64,000 nucleotides of DNA from Candidatus Latescibacterota bacterium (GCA_965116875.1 OZ220733.1:3456001-3520000), one strand, 5' to 3'. Numbered from the stretch's first letter, positions 38,628 through 48,550 are shown. A program made the numbers and translations. Notes: generated by a model from the letters alone, not told the origin.

Positions 38628-38837
38628 ATCCCTCGGACGTGCTGCACACAGCGCAGAGTCAGTACCACGACCACGTACCCGCGAGGAAATTCGGGCTGGT
38701 CACCGCCTGGATCGACCGGCAGCGGCTTTCGGAGGGCGGGTGCTGGGGCGCAACCGATCGGGTGGAAGAGATGCCGAAGACCGACTATGTCTTCTTTTCG
38801 CTTGGCGAGATGGCGGAGGCTGTGGAGGGGGTTTGAA
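38628..38837 (+). pseudogene. Diverged 3' fragment of the HAD gene (equivalent to ~26333-26541)
   Basis: PSDVLHTAQSQYHDHVPARKFGLVTAWIDRQRLSEGGCWGATDRVEEMPKTDYVFFSLGEMAEAVEGV*; the downstream GCGGCTTCCA..CTGGAA.GCC hairpin also matches ~26577-26600. Confidence 0.88.
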
Positions 38838-39156
38838 GCCAATGACCCGGCGTATACCACTGGCAGGGCGGCTTCCAGTCTGGAAAGCCCTCCCGATTAC
38901 GCTTTTTCCGTCCTGATTGGTTCCATCCGGAATATAGCATTCTCATCTAAAATGTGCTTCATGGTCCGAACGGCAACGCCAGTTGGGCCGGTATACCTGG
39001 AGGTTTACAGACAAACCCACTTGCAATCCTTCGCGTCTCAGAAAATCTCATTAGGTTTCTTAATGGATGCGTGTTATCGTAGGTTTACGGTAACATCGCA
39101 TCAAATCTCGGTCTCCGCTGCACGCATCTGGTATCAATCAATCCAGGAGATAGGGC

Positions 39157-42108
39157 ATGAGACAACTAGCTCGTTCGTTCATCCTGATTTTTGTCTTCCT
39201 GCAACCGCTTTTCGCTCAGGATTTTAGCGATCCCAACAGTAATCAGATGCGGCAAGTGCCCGACGGAGCGATTGCACGCCTTGGTAAGGGCGCAATTGGT
39301 GAGAGCGACCGGGCGATCGCTTTTACTCCGGACGGCAGGCTTGTCGCGGTGGCAAGCGGTATTGGCGTATGGCTGTACAATGTGGAGGACCCGGAACAGG
39401 CCACACTGTTTCCCTCCGGCGTTGTCCATTCATTGTCGTTTTCCTCCGATGGCAGCAAGCTTGTCACGGCAAGCGGCCAGTGGAGTGATGGACAGATCAA
39501 GTTATGGGACATGGCGACGGGGACAGGTATTCGCACAGTGCAGGGGTGGACCTTTGGCAGTGCCGCATTTTCTCCTGACGGCAGTACCGTCGCCTACCGC
39601 GCAAGAGATGGCGTGTCTCTTGAACTACGGGATGTAGCCTCATGGATTCCCGCGTCCACCCGTGTCCGCGATGGCGCCAGTTTTCTCCATTGTCTGACGT
39701 TTTCCCCGGATGGCGCGCTCATTGCTACAGGGCACAGTGACGGCACGGTCATTCTGTGGGACGTGGCGACGCGCACCCTTGCCGCCACACTTGCTGGCCA
39801 CAATGGGGAGGTCTACTCCGTAGCTTTCTCACCGGACGGTAGTACCCTTGCCACAGGTGCATCTGACGAAACCGTCAAGCTGTGGGACACTGCAACGCGC
39901 AACAACTTCACGACGCTCGAGGTAAACCAACTTGCGACAACCGTCGCGTTTTCTGCTGACGGATCCCTCATCGCCGCCGGAACATGGTTTCTCAGAGTCA
40001 AACTCTGGAATGCAGCGACAGGTCAAGAATTAAATACATTCAGCGACCATCGCTCTCGGATCCGTGCGGTTTCGTTCTCTCCTGACGGAACGACGCTTGC
40101 CTCTGCTTCCGTCGATGGCACAGTTGTGCTTAGAAATCTGGCTGCTGGAAACACCACCGCCATTGACGGTCATTCGGGGCCGGTTCTGGGTTTAGCATCG
40201 TCACCGGACGGCGGCACACTTGCGTCCTATAACATGTCGTATGGGTCGGGGGTCAAAATATGGGACACGGCAACGCAACGCAAGATCACGACGCTTCGCG
40301 GTCATTATGGTTTACCAATCAAATCGATATCCATTTCACACGACGGAACGACGCTTGCTTCGGCATCCGGCAATAGTGTTATCCTTTGGGACCTGGACAC
40401 ATTTACGGATTTCGCACATCTGAATCACGAGGATCTACCGTATGAGGTCTCGTTTTCACCCGATGGCACTGTTCTGGCCACCGGAGGCTGGCCCGGATGG
40501 GTCAACCTTTGGAATGTGCGAACGCAAGAACAGACCACCCGTGTTACCGGACTGAGCGATGAGGTCAAGGAGCTGGAATTCTCGCCGGACGGAGAATACC
40601 TGGCTTCGGGTCTGAACAACGGTGAGATTAGAACCTGGGACCTGTCCACGGGTGAGACCGCAGCCGTCCTTCAAGGGCTTACCCGTTACGTACTTTCAGT
40701 TGCCTTTTCTTCCGACGTCACAAAGCTGTATGCCGGTTCGTTCAGTGAATCGGTGATGGTATGGGACCTGAAGACAGGCTCGACGATTGAGACACGAAAG
40801 CCAGAGACGTTCGAAAGGGTCGCGTTCTCGCCGGACAGGTCGATGTTTGCCACCGGCTCGCAGGACGGAAACGTAAGGCTCTTCGACATGTCGACGGGAG
40901 AGATCCTATTCACCTTCGAAGGTCATGCGCACTGGGTCAGCAGCCTGTTGTTTTCCACGGACGGTAAGACCCTCGTGTCGGGATCTTATGACGGCACGAT
41001 TCTGTTTTGGGACCTGCAACGCCTTCAATCCGTCCCCTTTGTTTTGAAGGGGGTCTCCGGCATTGAGCAGAAGGCTCCCGCAGGGGCGGTGTTAGCCCAG
41101 CCGTTTGTGGTCTCGGTGAGGGACAAAAATGGGGAACCTCGCGCCGGCGTCGTTGTCACGTTCGAGGTTACCGCCGGCGGCGGCACGCTTTCGGTAACCA
41201 CCGTCACGACCGATGCCAGCGGAAACGCCGCCACGACCCTGACATTGGGGACCCGGCCGGGGACAAACACGGTCGTCGCAACGGTCGCTAATCTCGAGCC
41301 GGTGGCCTTTACTGCCATCGGACAGGCCGTACCCCATGTTTTGCAAGGGGTCTCCGGCATCGAACAGAAAGCGCCGGCAGGGACGGCGTTGGCCCAGCCG
41401 TTCGTGGTCTCGGTGCGGGACAGGAATGGGGAACCCTCCGCCGGTGTCGTTGTCACGTTCGAGGTTACCGCTGGCGGCGGCACGCTTTCGGTAACCACCG
41501 TCACGACCGATGCCAGTGGAAACGCCGCCACGACCCTGACATTGGGGACCCGGCCGGGGACAAACACGGTCGTCGCAACGGTCGCTAATCTCGAGCCGGT
41601 GGCCTTTACTGCCATCGGACAGGCCGTACCCCATGTTTTGCAAGGGGTCTCCGGCATCGAACAGAAAGCGCCGGCAGGGACGGCGTTGGCCCAGCCGTTC
41701 GTGGTCTCGGTGCGGGACAGGAATGGGGAACCCTCCGCCGGTGTCGTTGTCACGTTCGAGGTTACCGCTGGCGGCGGCACGCTTTCGGTAACCACGGACA
41801 CCACCGATGCCAGTGGAAACGCCGCCACGACCATGACATTGGGGCCCCAGCCGGGGACAAACACCGTTGTCGCAACGGTCGCTGATCTCAAGCCAGTGAC
41901 ATTTACTGTCATTGGCGAGGCCAACCCTGACTTTGATGGCGACGGTAAGGTTGGCTTCGGCGATTTTCTACTATTTGTGGAGAGGTTCGGTCTCAGTCAG
42001 GACGACGACGGATATGAAGTTCGGTACGATCTGGACGGCAACGGCGCGGTGGGATTCTCGGACTTCCTGATATTCGCGGGTAATTTCGAGAAGACTGTAG
42101 GTAGTTAG
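39157..42108 (+). CDS. Secreted WD40-repeat protein with three tandem Big_1/invasin-like Ig repeats and C-terminal dockerin-like EF-hand pair
   Basis: Signal peptide QPLFA, PDGAIARLGKG cap, about 14 GH..WD repeats, three 99-aa repeats, DFDGDGKVGFGDF. Confidence 0.9.
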   Translation: MRQLARSFILIFVFLQPLFAQDFSDPNSNQMRQVPDGAIARLGKGAIGESDRAIAFTPDGRLVAVASGIGVWLYNVEDPEQATLFPSGVVHSLSFSSDGSKLVTASGQWSDGQIKLWDMATGTGIRTVQGWTFGSAAFSPDGSTVAYRARDGVSLELRDVASWIPASTRVRDGASFLHCLTFSPDGALIATGHSDGTVILWDVATRTLAATLAGHNGEVYSVAFSPDGSTLATGASDETVKLWDTATRNNFTTLEVNQLATTVAFSADGSLIAAGTWFLRVKLWNAATGQELNTFSDHRSRIRAVSFSPDGTTLASASVDGTVVLRNLAAGNTTAIDGHSGPVLGLASSPDGGTLASYNMSYGSGVKIWDTATQRKITTLRGHYGLPIKSISISHDGTTLASASGNSVILWDLDTFTDFAHLNHEDLPYEVSFSPDGTVLATGGWPGWVNLWNVRTQEQTTRVTGLSDEVKELEFSPDGEYLASGLNNGEIRTWDLSTGETAAVLQGLTRYVLSVAFSSDVTKLYAGSFSESVMVWDLKTGSTIETRKPETFERVAFSPDRSMFATGSQDGNVRLFDMSTGEILFTFEGHAHWVSSLLFSTDGKTLVSGSYDGTILFWDLQRLQSVPFVLKGVSGIEQKAPAGAVLAQPFVVSVRDKNGEPRAGVVVTFEVTAGGGTLSVTTVTTDASGNAATTLTLGTRPGTNTVVATVANLEPVAFTAIGQAVPHVLQGVSGIEQKAPAGTALAQPFVVSVRDRNGEPSAGVVVTFEVTAGGGTLSVTTVTTDASGNAATTLTLGTRPGTNTVVATVANLEPVAFTAIGQAVPHVLQGVSGIEQKAPAGTALAQPFVVSVRDRNGEPSAGVVVTFEVTAGGGTLSVTTDTTDASGNAATTMTLGPQPGTNTVVATVADLKPVTFTVIGEANPDFDGDGKVGFGDFLLFVERFGLSQDDDGYEVRYDLDGNGAVGFSDFLIFAGNFEKTVGS
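41050..41915 (+). repeat. Three tandem 297-bp intragenic repeats (Ig-like domain)
   Basis: GGGGTCTCCGGCAT recurs at 41050, 41347 and 41644; near-identical DNA; homologous single copy at ~31250-31525. Confidence 0.9.
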
Positions 42109-42154
42109 GCCAATTTTGGGTTGGAAATTACCATGTTGGCGGTGGGGTGGTTCG

Positions 42155-42343
42155 GACAGCGCAGAGTCTATACCACGACCACGTACCGGCGAGGAAATTC
42201 GGGCTGGCCACCGCCTGGATCGACCGGCAGCGGCTGTCGGAGGGCGGGAGTTGGGGGCGACCGAGCGGGTGGAAACGACGCCCGAAACGGACTACGTCTT
42301 CTTCTCCCTCGCCGAAATGGCGGACGCAGTAGCGACAGTCTGA
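42155..42343 (+). pseudogene. Diverged 3' fragment of the HAD gene (equivalent to ~26352-26541), frameshifted
   Basis: TAQSLYHDHVPARKFGLATAWIDRQRLSEGGSW / ATERVETTPETDYVFFSLAEMADAVATV*. Confidence 0.88.
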
Positions 42344-42544
42344 AACCGGTCTGCGGCGACGCGCGCCTCCATTTCTCGCGATTTCGAGGAAAATTCGACA
42401 GAAATCCGTTCGAGAGCTTCCACGTTGTCAGTAATCTATTAGGTTTTTTAATAGCGGAATGTTATATTCGTCCTAAGGCAACCTCAAGGTAATCTACGTG
42501 TGCGTTCTTGCACGTCAGGCATCATCCACGAAAGGAGACTGGTG

Positions 42545-44644
42545 ATGAGGCATTTTACCTCCATCATCGTATTGACTGTTGTCTTCCTGCAACCGCTTTT
42601 TGCCCAGGACTTCAGCAATCCCAATGCGTATCGGACGCGGGATCTTCCTGAAGGAGCGATCGCCCGGCTCGGAAAGGGATCCATTGGCCAGGGAGACCGG
42701 TCGATTGCATTTTCGCCGGATGGTGAACTCGTTGCGGTGGCCAGTGGCATAGGTGCATGGCTGTACAATGTTAAGGACCCGGAAACATTCACCTGGTTTC
42801 CCGCCGACGTTGTCCACTCGGTGTCTTTTTCTCCCGACGGGACAAAGCTCGTTACGGCAGGAGGTATGTGGGGGAAGGGTGAGGTGATACTTTGGGACGT
42901 GGCAACGGGAACCCCCAGCCGAATTGAAAGTGGTGGGTCCATCGTCGATGTCTCGTTTTCGCCGGATGGCCGAACTCTCGCATACGCCGCACGTGGAGGG
43001 CCGGTGGTTAAACTCCGGGATGTGTCCTCTCGTACTGTTGTGACCACCGAAGGGAGATATGATTTCCGCGTGGCGTGTCTCGCGTATTCGCCGGATGGCG
43101 CCATCATCGCCACGGGACTTGGGAACGGCACGATCATGCTTTGGGACGTTGCAACGCGCACTCTCGCCGCCACACTTTCCGGCCACAATGGAGAGGTCTA
43201 CTCCGTAGCTTTCTCGCCGAACGGCAACACCCTGGCCTCAGGCGCTTCTGACGAAATCGTCAAACTATGGGACGTTGCATCACGTACGAACTTCGAGACG
43301 CTCGAGGTAAACTCCCCTGTGACGACCGTCGCGTTTTCTTCTGACGGTTCTCTTGTCGCCGCCGGTACATGGTTCCTGAGAGTCAAACTCTGGAACGCAA
43401 CCACGGGTCATGAAGTAGATGCATTCACCGACCATCGCGCTCTGGTCCGCGGGATTTCATTTTCTCCGGACGGGACGACGCTCGCTTCCGTTTCCGAAGA
43501 TGGAGCGGTTGTGCTGAGGGATCTCGCCGCAAAAACCGTGACGACCATTGACGGCCATTCGGCGTCGGTTTTGCGTCTGGCGTTTTCACCGGACGGCGCC
43601 ACGCTGGCGTCCTATAACAGTTCGTATGGGTCAGGAATCAAAATTTGGGATACGGCAACACGACGCAAGATCACGACGCTTCGCGGGCATTATGGCTTAC
43701 CGATCTCATCGATATCCATTTCACACGATGGAAATACCCTCGCTTCGGCATCCGGCAATAAAGTCATCCTTTGGGACCTGGACACGTATACAGATTTCGC
43801 ACATCTGGATCACGAGGATGGGCCATCTGCGGTGTCGTTTTCACCCGATGGCGCGGTTCTGGCCACCGGAGGCTGGCCGGGATGGGTAAGGCTTTGGAAC
43901 GTCCGAACACAAGAACAGACCACTCGTGTGACTGGACTGAGCGACGCTGTCAAGGAGTTGGAATTCTCGTCGGACGGAAAACTTCTGGCTTCGGGTCTGG
44001 ACAACGGTGAGATAAGGACCTGGGACCTGTCCACGGGCAAGACCGCGGCCGTCCTGAACGGGCTTACGAGTTACGTACTCTCAGTTGCCTTCTCTTCCGA
44101 CGTCACAAAGCTTTATGCCGGTTCGTACAGTGAATCGGTGAAGGTATGGAACCTGGAGACTGGCTCGACGATCGTGACGCGAAGCCCGGAGTTGTTTGAA
44201 AGAGTCGCGTTCTCACCGGACAGGACCATGTTCGCCACCGGTTCGCAGGATGGCAATGTAAGGCTCTTCGACATGTCGACGGGGGAGATCGTCTCCACCT
44301 TCGAAGGGCATGCGCACTGGGTCAGCAGCGTGTCGTTCTCCCAGGACGGCGAGACCCTCGCGTCCGGATCTTATGATGGGACGATTCTGTTTTGGGATCT
44401 GACTCAGGTCGACGGGTCTCAAACACCCGGTCCCGATATCGACGGGGCCCGCTTTGGTCCCGATTTCGATGGCGATGGCACCGTTGGCTTTACCGACTTC
44501 GTTCAATTTGCGGCGAATTTCGGGTTAAGTCAGGGCGATCTGGGCTACGACGAACGGTACGATCTGGATGACGACGGGCAGGTAGGTCTTTCGGACTATC
44601 TGATATTTGCGAAGAACTTCGGCCGACAGACGGAATCCAACTAA
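42545..44644 (+). CDS. Secreted WD40-repeat protein with C-terminal dockerin-like EF-hand pair
   Basis: AAGGAG RBS, signal peptide QPLFA, WD repeats, PDFDGDGTVGFTDF..DLDDDG. Confidence 0.9.
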   Translation: MRHFTSIIVLTVVFLQPLFAQDFSNPNAYRTRDLPEGAIARLGKGSIGQGDRSIAFSPDGELVAVASGIGAWLYNVKDPETFTWFPADVVHSVSFSPDGTKLVTAGGMWGKGEVILWDVATGTPSRIESGGSIVDVSFSPDGRTLAYAARGGPVVKLRDVSSRTVVTTEGRYDFRVACLAYSPDGAIIATGLGNGTIMLWDVATRTLAATLSGHNGEVYSVAFSPNGNTLASGASDEIVKLWDVASRTNFETLEVNSPVTTVAFSSDGSLVAAGTWFLRVKLWNATTGHEVDAFTDHRALVRGISFSPDGTTLASVSEDGAVVLRDLAAKTVTTIDGHSASVLRLAFSPDGATLASYNSSYGSGIKIWDTATRRKITTLRGHYGLPISSISISHDGNTLASASGNKVILWDLDTYTDFAHLDHEDGPSAVSFSPDGAVLATGGWPGWVRLWNVRTQEQTTRVTGLSDAVKELEFSSDGKLLASGLDNGEIRTWDLSTGKTAAVLNGLTSYVLSVAFSSDVTKLYAGSYSESVKVWNLETGSTIVTRSPELFERVAFSPDRTMFATGSQDGNVRLFDMSTGEIVSTFEGHAHWVSSVSFSQDGETLASGSYDGTILFWDLTQVDGSQTPGPDIDGARFGPDFDGDGTVGFTDFVQFAANFGLSQGDLGYDERYDLDDDGQVGLSDYLIFAKNFGRQTESN

Positions 44645-44747
44645 AGCAAGATCGAAGGCATAGGATGCTATACACGTCCTGGACGTCCATGTCATACCGT
44701 GTTTCGCAGGCATACGTTCTTTAAGCAATATCGGAAGGAAACCGGGG

Positions 44748-46844
44748 ATGAAGCATTTTACCACCGTCATCGTGCTGACAGTTGTCTTCCTGCAACCGCT
44801 TTTCGCCCAGGACTTCAGTAATCCCAATGCGTATCGGACGCGGGATCTTCCTGAAGGAGCGATCGCCCGACTTGGAAGGGGGGCCATTGGCCACGGAGAC
44901 CGGGCTGTTGCATTTTCACCGGACGGCGAGCTTGTTGCGGTGGCCAGCGGCATTGGCGTCTGGCTGTACAATGTTAAGGACCCGGAAACAGCCACCCGGT
45001 TTCCCGCCGACGTTGTCCATTCGGTGTCTTTTTCGCCCGACGGGACAAAGCTTGTCTCGGCAGGAGGTATGTGGGGGAAGGGCGAGGTGATACTATGGGA
45101 TGTGGCAACGGGGGCCCCCAGCCGGATTGAGAGTGGCGGAGACATTGTCGATGTCTCGTTTTCGCCGGACGGCAGAACCATCGCATACAGTGCACGTGGA
45201 GGGCCGATGGTTAAACTCCGGGATGTGTCCTCGCGGACTGTTGCGACCACCCAGGGGCGGTACGATTTCGGCTTTACCAGTCTGTCGTTTTCACCGGATG
45301 GCGCCCTCATCGCAACGGGACATGAGAACGGCACGGTCATGCTGTGGGATGTGGCAACACGCACGCTTGCCGCCACGCTTGCCGGCCACAGTGGAGAGGT
45401 CTATACCATAGCTTTCTCACCGGACGGCAGTACCCTTGCCTCCGGTGCTTCTGACCAAACCGCCAAACTATGGGACGTTGCAACGCGCACGAATATCTCG
45501 ACGCTCGCGGTAAACAGGCTTGTGACGACCGTGGCGTTTTCTTCCGATGGTTCCCTCATCGCCACAGGAACAAGCTTCCTCAATGTCAAACTCTGGAACG
45601 CAACAACGGGTCGAAATCTGGATACGTTCAACGACCATCGAGCCCTGGTTCGCGCGGTTGCGTTCTCTCCGGACGGAACGACGCTCGCCTCTATTGCCGA
45701 CGATGGCTCGGCTGTGTTGAGGGATCTGACGGCAGGGAACATTACACCCATTGCCGGCCACTGGGGAACGGTTACGGGTATGGCATTTTCACCGGATGGC
45801 GCCACAGTGGCGTTCACTAACGGTTCATATGGGTCGGGGGTCAAAATATGGGACACTGCAACGCGACGCAAGGTCACGACGCTTCGCGGACATTATGGCT
45901 TACCGATCTCATCGATATCCATTTCACACGATGGAACGACCCTTGCGTCGGCGTCCGGCAATAAAGTTATCCTTTGGGACCTGGACACGAATACGGATTT
46001 TGCGCATCTGGATCACGAGGATCTACCATCTGAGGTGTCGTTTTCACCCGATGGCGCTGTTCTGGCCACCGGAGGCTGGCCGGGATGGGTGAACCTCTGG
46101 AACGTCCGAACGCAAGAACAGACCACTCGTGTGACGGAACTGAGCGACGCTGTCAAGGAGTTGGAATTCTCGTCGGACGGAAAACTCCTGGCTTCGGGTC
46201 TGAACAACGGTGAGATAAGGACCTGGGACCTGTCCACGGGCAAGACCGCGGCCGTCCTGAACGGGTTTACGAGTTACGTACTCTCAGTTGCCTTCTCTTC
46301 CGACGTCACAAAGCTATATGCCGGTTCGTACAGAGAATCGGTGAAGGTATGGAACCTGGAGACCGGGACGACAATCACGACACGAAAACCAGAGAGATTC
46401 GCAAAGGTCGCGTTCTCACCGGACAGGACGATGTTCGCTACAGACTCGTGGGAAGGCAACGTAAGGCTCTTCGACATGTCGACGGGAGAGATCCTCTCCA
46501 CCTTCGAAGGGCATGCGCACATCGTCACCAGCCTGATATTCCTACCTGACGGCAAGACCCTCGCGTCGGGATCTGCTGACGGCACGATCCTGTTTTGGGA
46601 TCTGACTCAGGTCGACGGGTCTCAAACACCCGGTCCCGATATCGACGGGGCCCGCTTTGGTCCCGATTTCGATGGCGATGGCACCGTTGGCTTTACCGAC
46701 TTCGTTCAATTTGCGGCGAATTTCGGGTTGAGTCAGGGCGATCTGGGCTACGACGAACGGTACGATCTGGATGACGACGGCCTGGTGGGACTTTCGGACT
46801 ATCTGATATTCGCGAAGAACTTCGGGAAGACCGCTGGGGACTAG
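44748..46844 (+). CDS. Secreted WD40-repeat protein, tandem paralog of 42545-44644
   Basis: Same signal peptide and architecture; 3' ~230 bp nearly identical to the paralog. Confidence 0.9.
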   Translation: MKHFTTVIVLTVVFLQPLFAQDFSNPNAYRTRDLPEGAIARLGRGAIGHGDRAVAFSPDGELVAVASGIGVWLYNVKDPETATRFPADVVHSVSFSPDGTKLVSAGGMWGKGEVILWDVATGAPSRIESGGDIVDVSFSPDGRTIAYSARGGPMVKLRDVSSRTVATTQGRYDFGFTSLSFSPDGALIATGHENGTVMLWDVATRTLAATLAGHSGEVYTIAFSPDGSTLASGASDQTAKLWDVATRTNISTLAVNRLVTTVAFSSDGSLIATGTSFLNVKLWNATTGRNLDTFNDHRALVRAVAFSPDGTTLASIADDGSAVLRDLTAGNITPIAGHWGTVTGMAFSPDGATVAFTNGSYGSGVKIWDTATRRKVTTLRGHYGLPISSISISHDGTTLASASGNKVILWDLDTNTDFAHLDHEDLPSEVSFSPDGAVLATGGWPGWVNLWNVRTQEQTTRVTELSDAVKELEFSSDGKLLASGLNNGEIRTWDLSTGKTAAVLNGFTSYVLSVAFSSDVTKLYAGSYRESVKVWNLETGTTITTRKPERFAKVAFSPDRTMFATDSWEGNVRLFDMSTGEILSTFEGHAHIVTSLIFLPDGKTLASGSADGTILFWDLTQVDGSQTPGPDIDGARFGPDFDGDGTVGFTDFVQFAANFGLSQGDLGYDERYDLDDDGLVGLSDYLIFAKNFGKTAGD

Positions 46845-46954
46845 AAAATTGTGAGGAAGGGAATTGCGATACTTGTGGAGGGGTGTTGCGGACTGCTCAG
46901 GCAGGTCTCTGACGGATCTCGTTTCAGATTGAAAATCCAGTCGGGCACGCGTGA

Positions 46955-47941
46955 TCACGCACACACGGGATCATCCACCTTCCAGCGATTGTACGTGGGA
47001 TCCGCGCTTCTGGCCAGCGTGCTTCTCGCCTCGTGCCACAGCCTCGCCCATTCTTCAGGGTCGTGCAGTTCGCTTTCCGGATTCGAGCGGCTGCGCGCGA
47101 TGAATCCCGGAAATGACCCGCGTCCCGTGGGCTGGCCGATGGGGTTGTAGCGCAGGTCGAAACTCCAGCGGATGTTGTCGCTCTTGTTTGGAAGCGACGA
47201 GTGGCAGTTCAGACGGTGGAAGAACAACACGTCGCCGCGTTTCATGGGAAGCACCACCCCGTCTCCCTGTCGCAGCAACCGGTCCGGAATCTGCAGGCCG
47301 AATCCCCGGGACATCGTCGCGGTTGCGTGGCAGTGATGAAGCAGTCCCTCCCGGTGGCTCCGCGGAATGACCTCCAGGCAGCCGTTCTCGACGGTCGCGT
47401 CCCACAGGCCGAACCACACGGTCAGCATATTCGTCTCATCGGCTTCCGGCCTCACAACGCCCGTATCCTGGTGCCAGGGCGTGGCGCCCAGTTGAACGCG
47501 TCCCGCATCGTTGACGGGACACAGGTGCTCCGGCGGTTTGAGGCGGACGTGCTGCACGGGATTGGAATAGATCTCGGGACCGATCAGGGATTCTACGGCA
47601 TCCAGCAGCTTCTCATTCCGCAATAGCCGGAACACCTCCGGTCCCACCCACATCGGCGTATCCGCACAAACGTTCTTCTGCGGAAGCGAAAAGTCGAAAT
47701 ACTGGGCGTGAACCTTGCCCGACTCCGCGTAAACCTTCGTCAGCCGGTCACCGAACGGAAGATCGTCGTACGTCGAAGCAATGTCTCCGTTTTCGTACAG
47801 TTCGCAGACAAGCCGGTCCAGAACGCCCGCGTACTCCTCGATCACCGGATCCAGGTCCTCTTCAGGGTCAAACAGACCTCTCACGACCAGATACCCCTGC
47901 GCCTCGAACTCCGCGACCTGCGCTTCGGTTAGATGTGCCAT
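46955..47941 (-). CDS. Phytanoyl-CoA dioxygenase (PhyH) family protein
   Basis: HLTEAQVAEFEAQGYL, TPWHQD (HxD), NGCLEVIPRSH, GDVLFFHRLNCHSS, RWSFDLRY. Confidence 0.9.
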   Translation of the reverse strand: MAHLTEAQVAEFEAQGYLVVRGLFDPEEDLDPVIEEYAGVLDRLVCELYENGDIASTYDDLPFGDRLTKVYAESGKVHAQYFDFSLPQKNVCADTPMWVGPEVFRLLRNEKLLDAVESLIGPEIYSNPVQHVRLKPPEHLCPVNDAGRVQLGATPWHQDTGVVRPEADETNMLTVWFGLWDATVENGCLEVIPRSHREGLLHHCHATATMSRGFGLQIPDRLLRQGDGVVLPMKRGDVLFFHRLNCHSSLPNKSDNIRWSFDLRYNPIGQPTGRGSFPGFIARSRSNPESELHDPEEWARLWHEARSTLARSADPTYNRWKVDDPVCA

Positions 47942-48280
47942 CTCTGCAAATCCCTTCAATTCGCTGAACGGCGAACAAATCTCCGCACGTACCCCAACGG
48001 ATACCCCCACCCATTCCGCTATCGAATATACGCCCGTGTCCGTCTTTTGGGAAGATGGAAAATCGACGTACCCGTCGCAAATACCCATTCCATATCTTCG
48101 TCGACCGTCGCGACGTGCGAACGAACGCCTTTCGACATTCTCAGAAACCATTGCTCGAAATCTGAGCCGCTCCCTGAGCTTGTGGTCCCTGAGCCTGTCG
48201 AAGGGTCGGCGAAGGTCATTGATGAGGCCCAAACAGGGAGAAAAGGACTATGGCGTACGATCTAAACGCGAAGCCGTCTC

Positions 48281-48372
48281 AATCACTCCCCCCTTGAGGG
48301 GGAGTCGCAGAAGCCGAGCCGTTCCCTGAGCTTGTGATCCCTGAGCCTGTCGAAGGGTCGAAGGGCCGGCGA
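48281..48372. repeat. Inverted copy of the 11-102 repeat (partial copy at ~48163-48215)
   Basis: Reverse complement aligns to 11-102 with few mismatches. Confidence 0.85.
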
Positions 48373-48550
48373 TAGCTGATGCGGTGGGGGGTGCTGTTGC
48401 TTGCTCCGGCGCGACAGCATTGGAAATTGATGATAGGGCCAAGCTACGAATTCATCGGATCGGTTTGGCATCCGCGTCCAGGTCTATGAGGTCCACAGAC
48501 CGTGCGAGTTACAGTACCTGCTCGTCCACCCGGATGCCTACGTCATGGCA

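Noticed and set aside
26542-46950. Integron cassette array
   Set aside because: No integrase and no recognisable attC-type (RYYYAAC...GTTRRRY) sites; the spacers are HAD gene fragments.
47942-48232. N-terminal extension of the PhyH ORF (similarly 22433-22825, 24912-24971, 25513-25812)
   Set aside because: Extensions run through repeats or neighbouring genes; downstream starts match the family N-termini.
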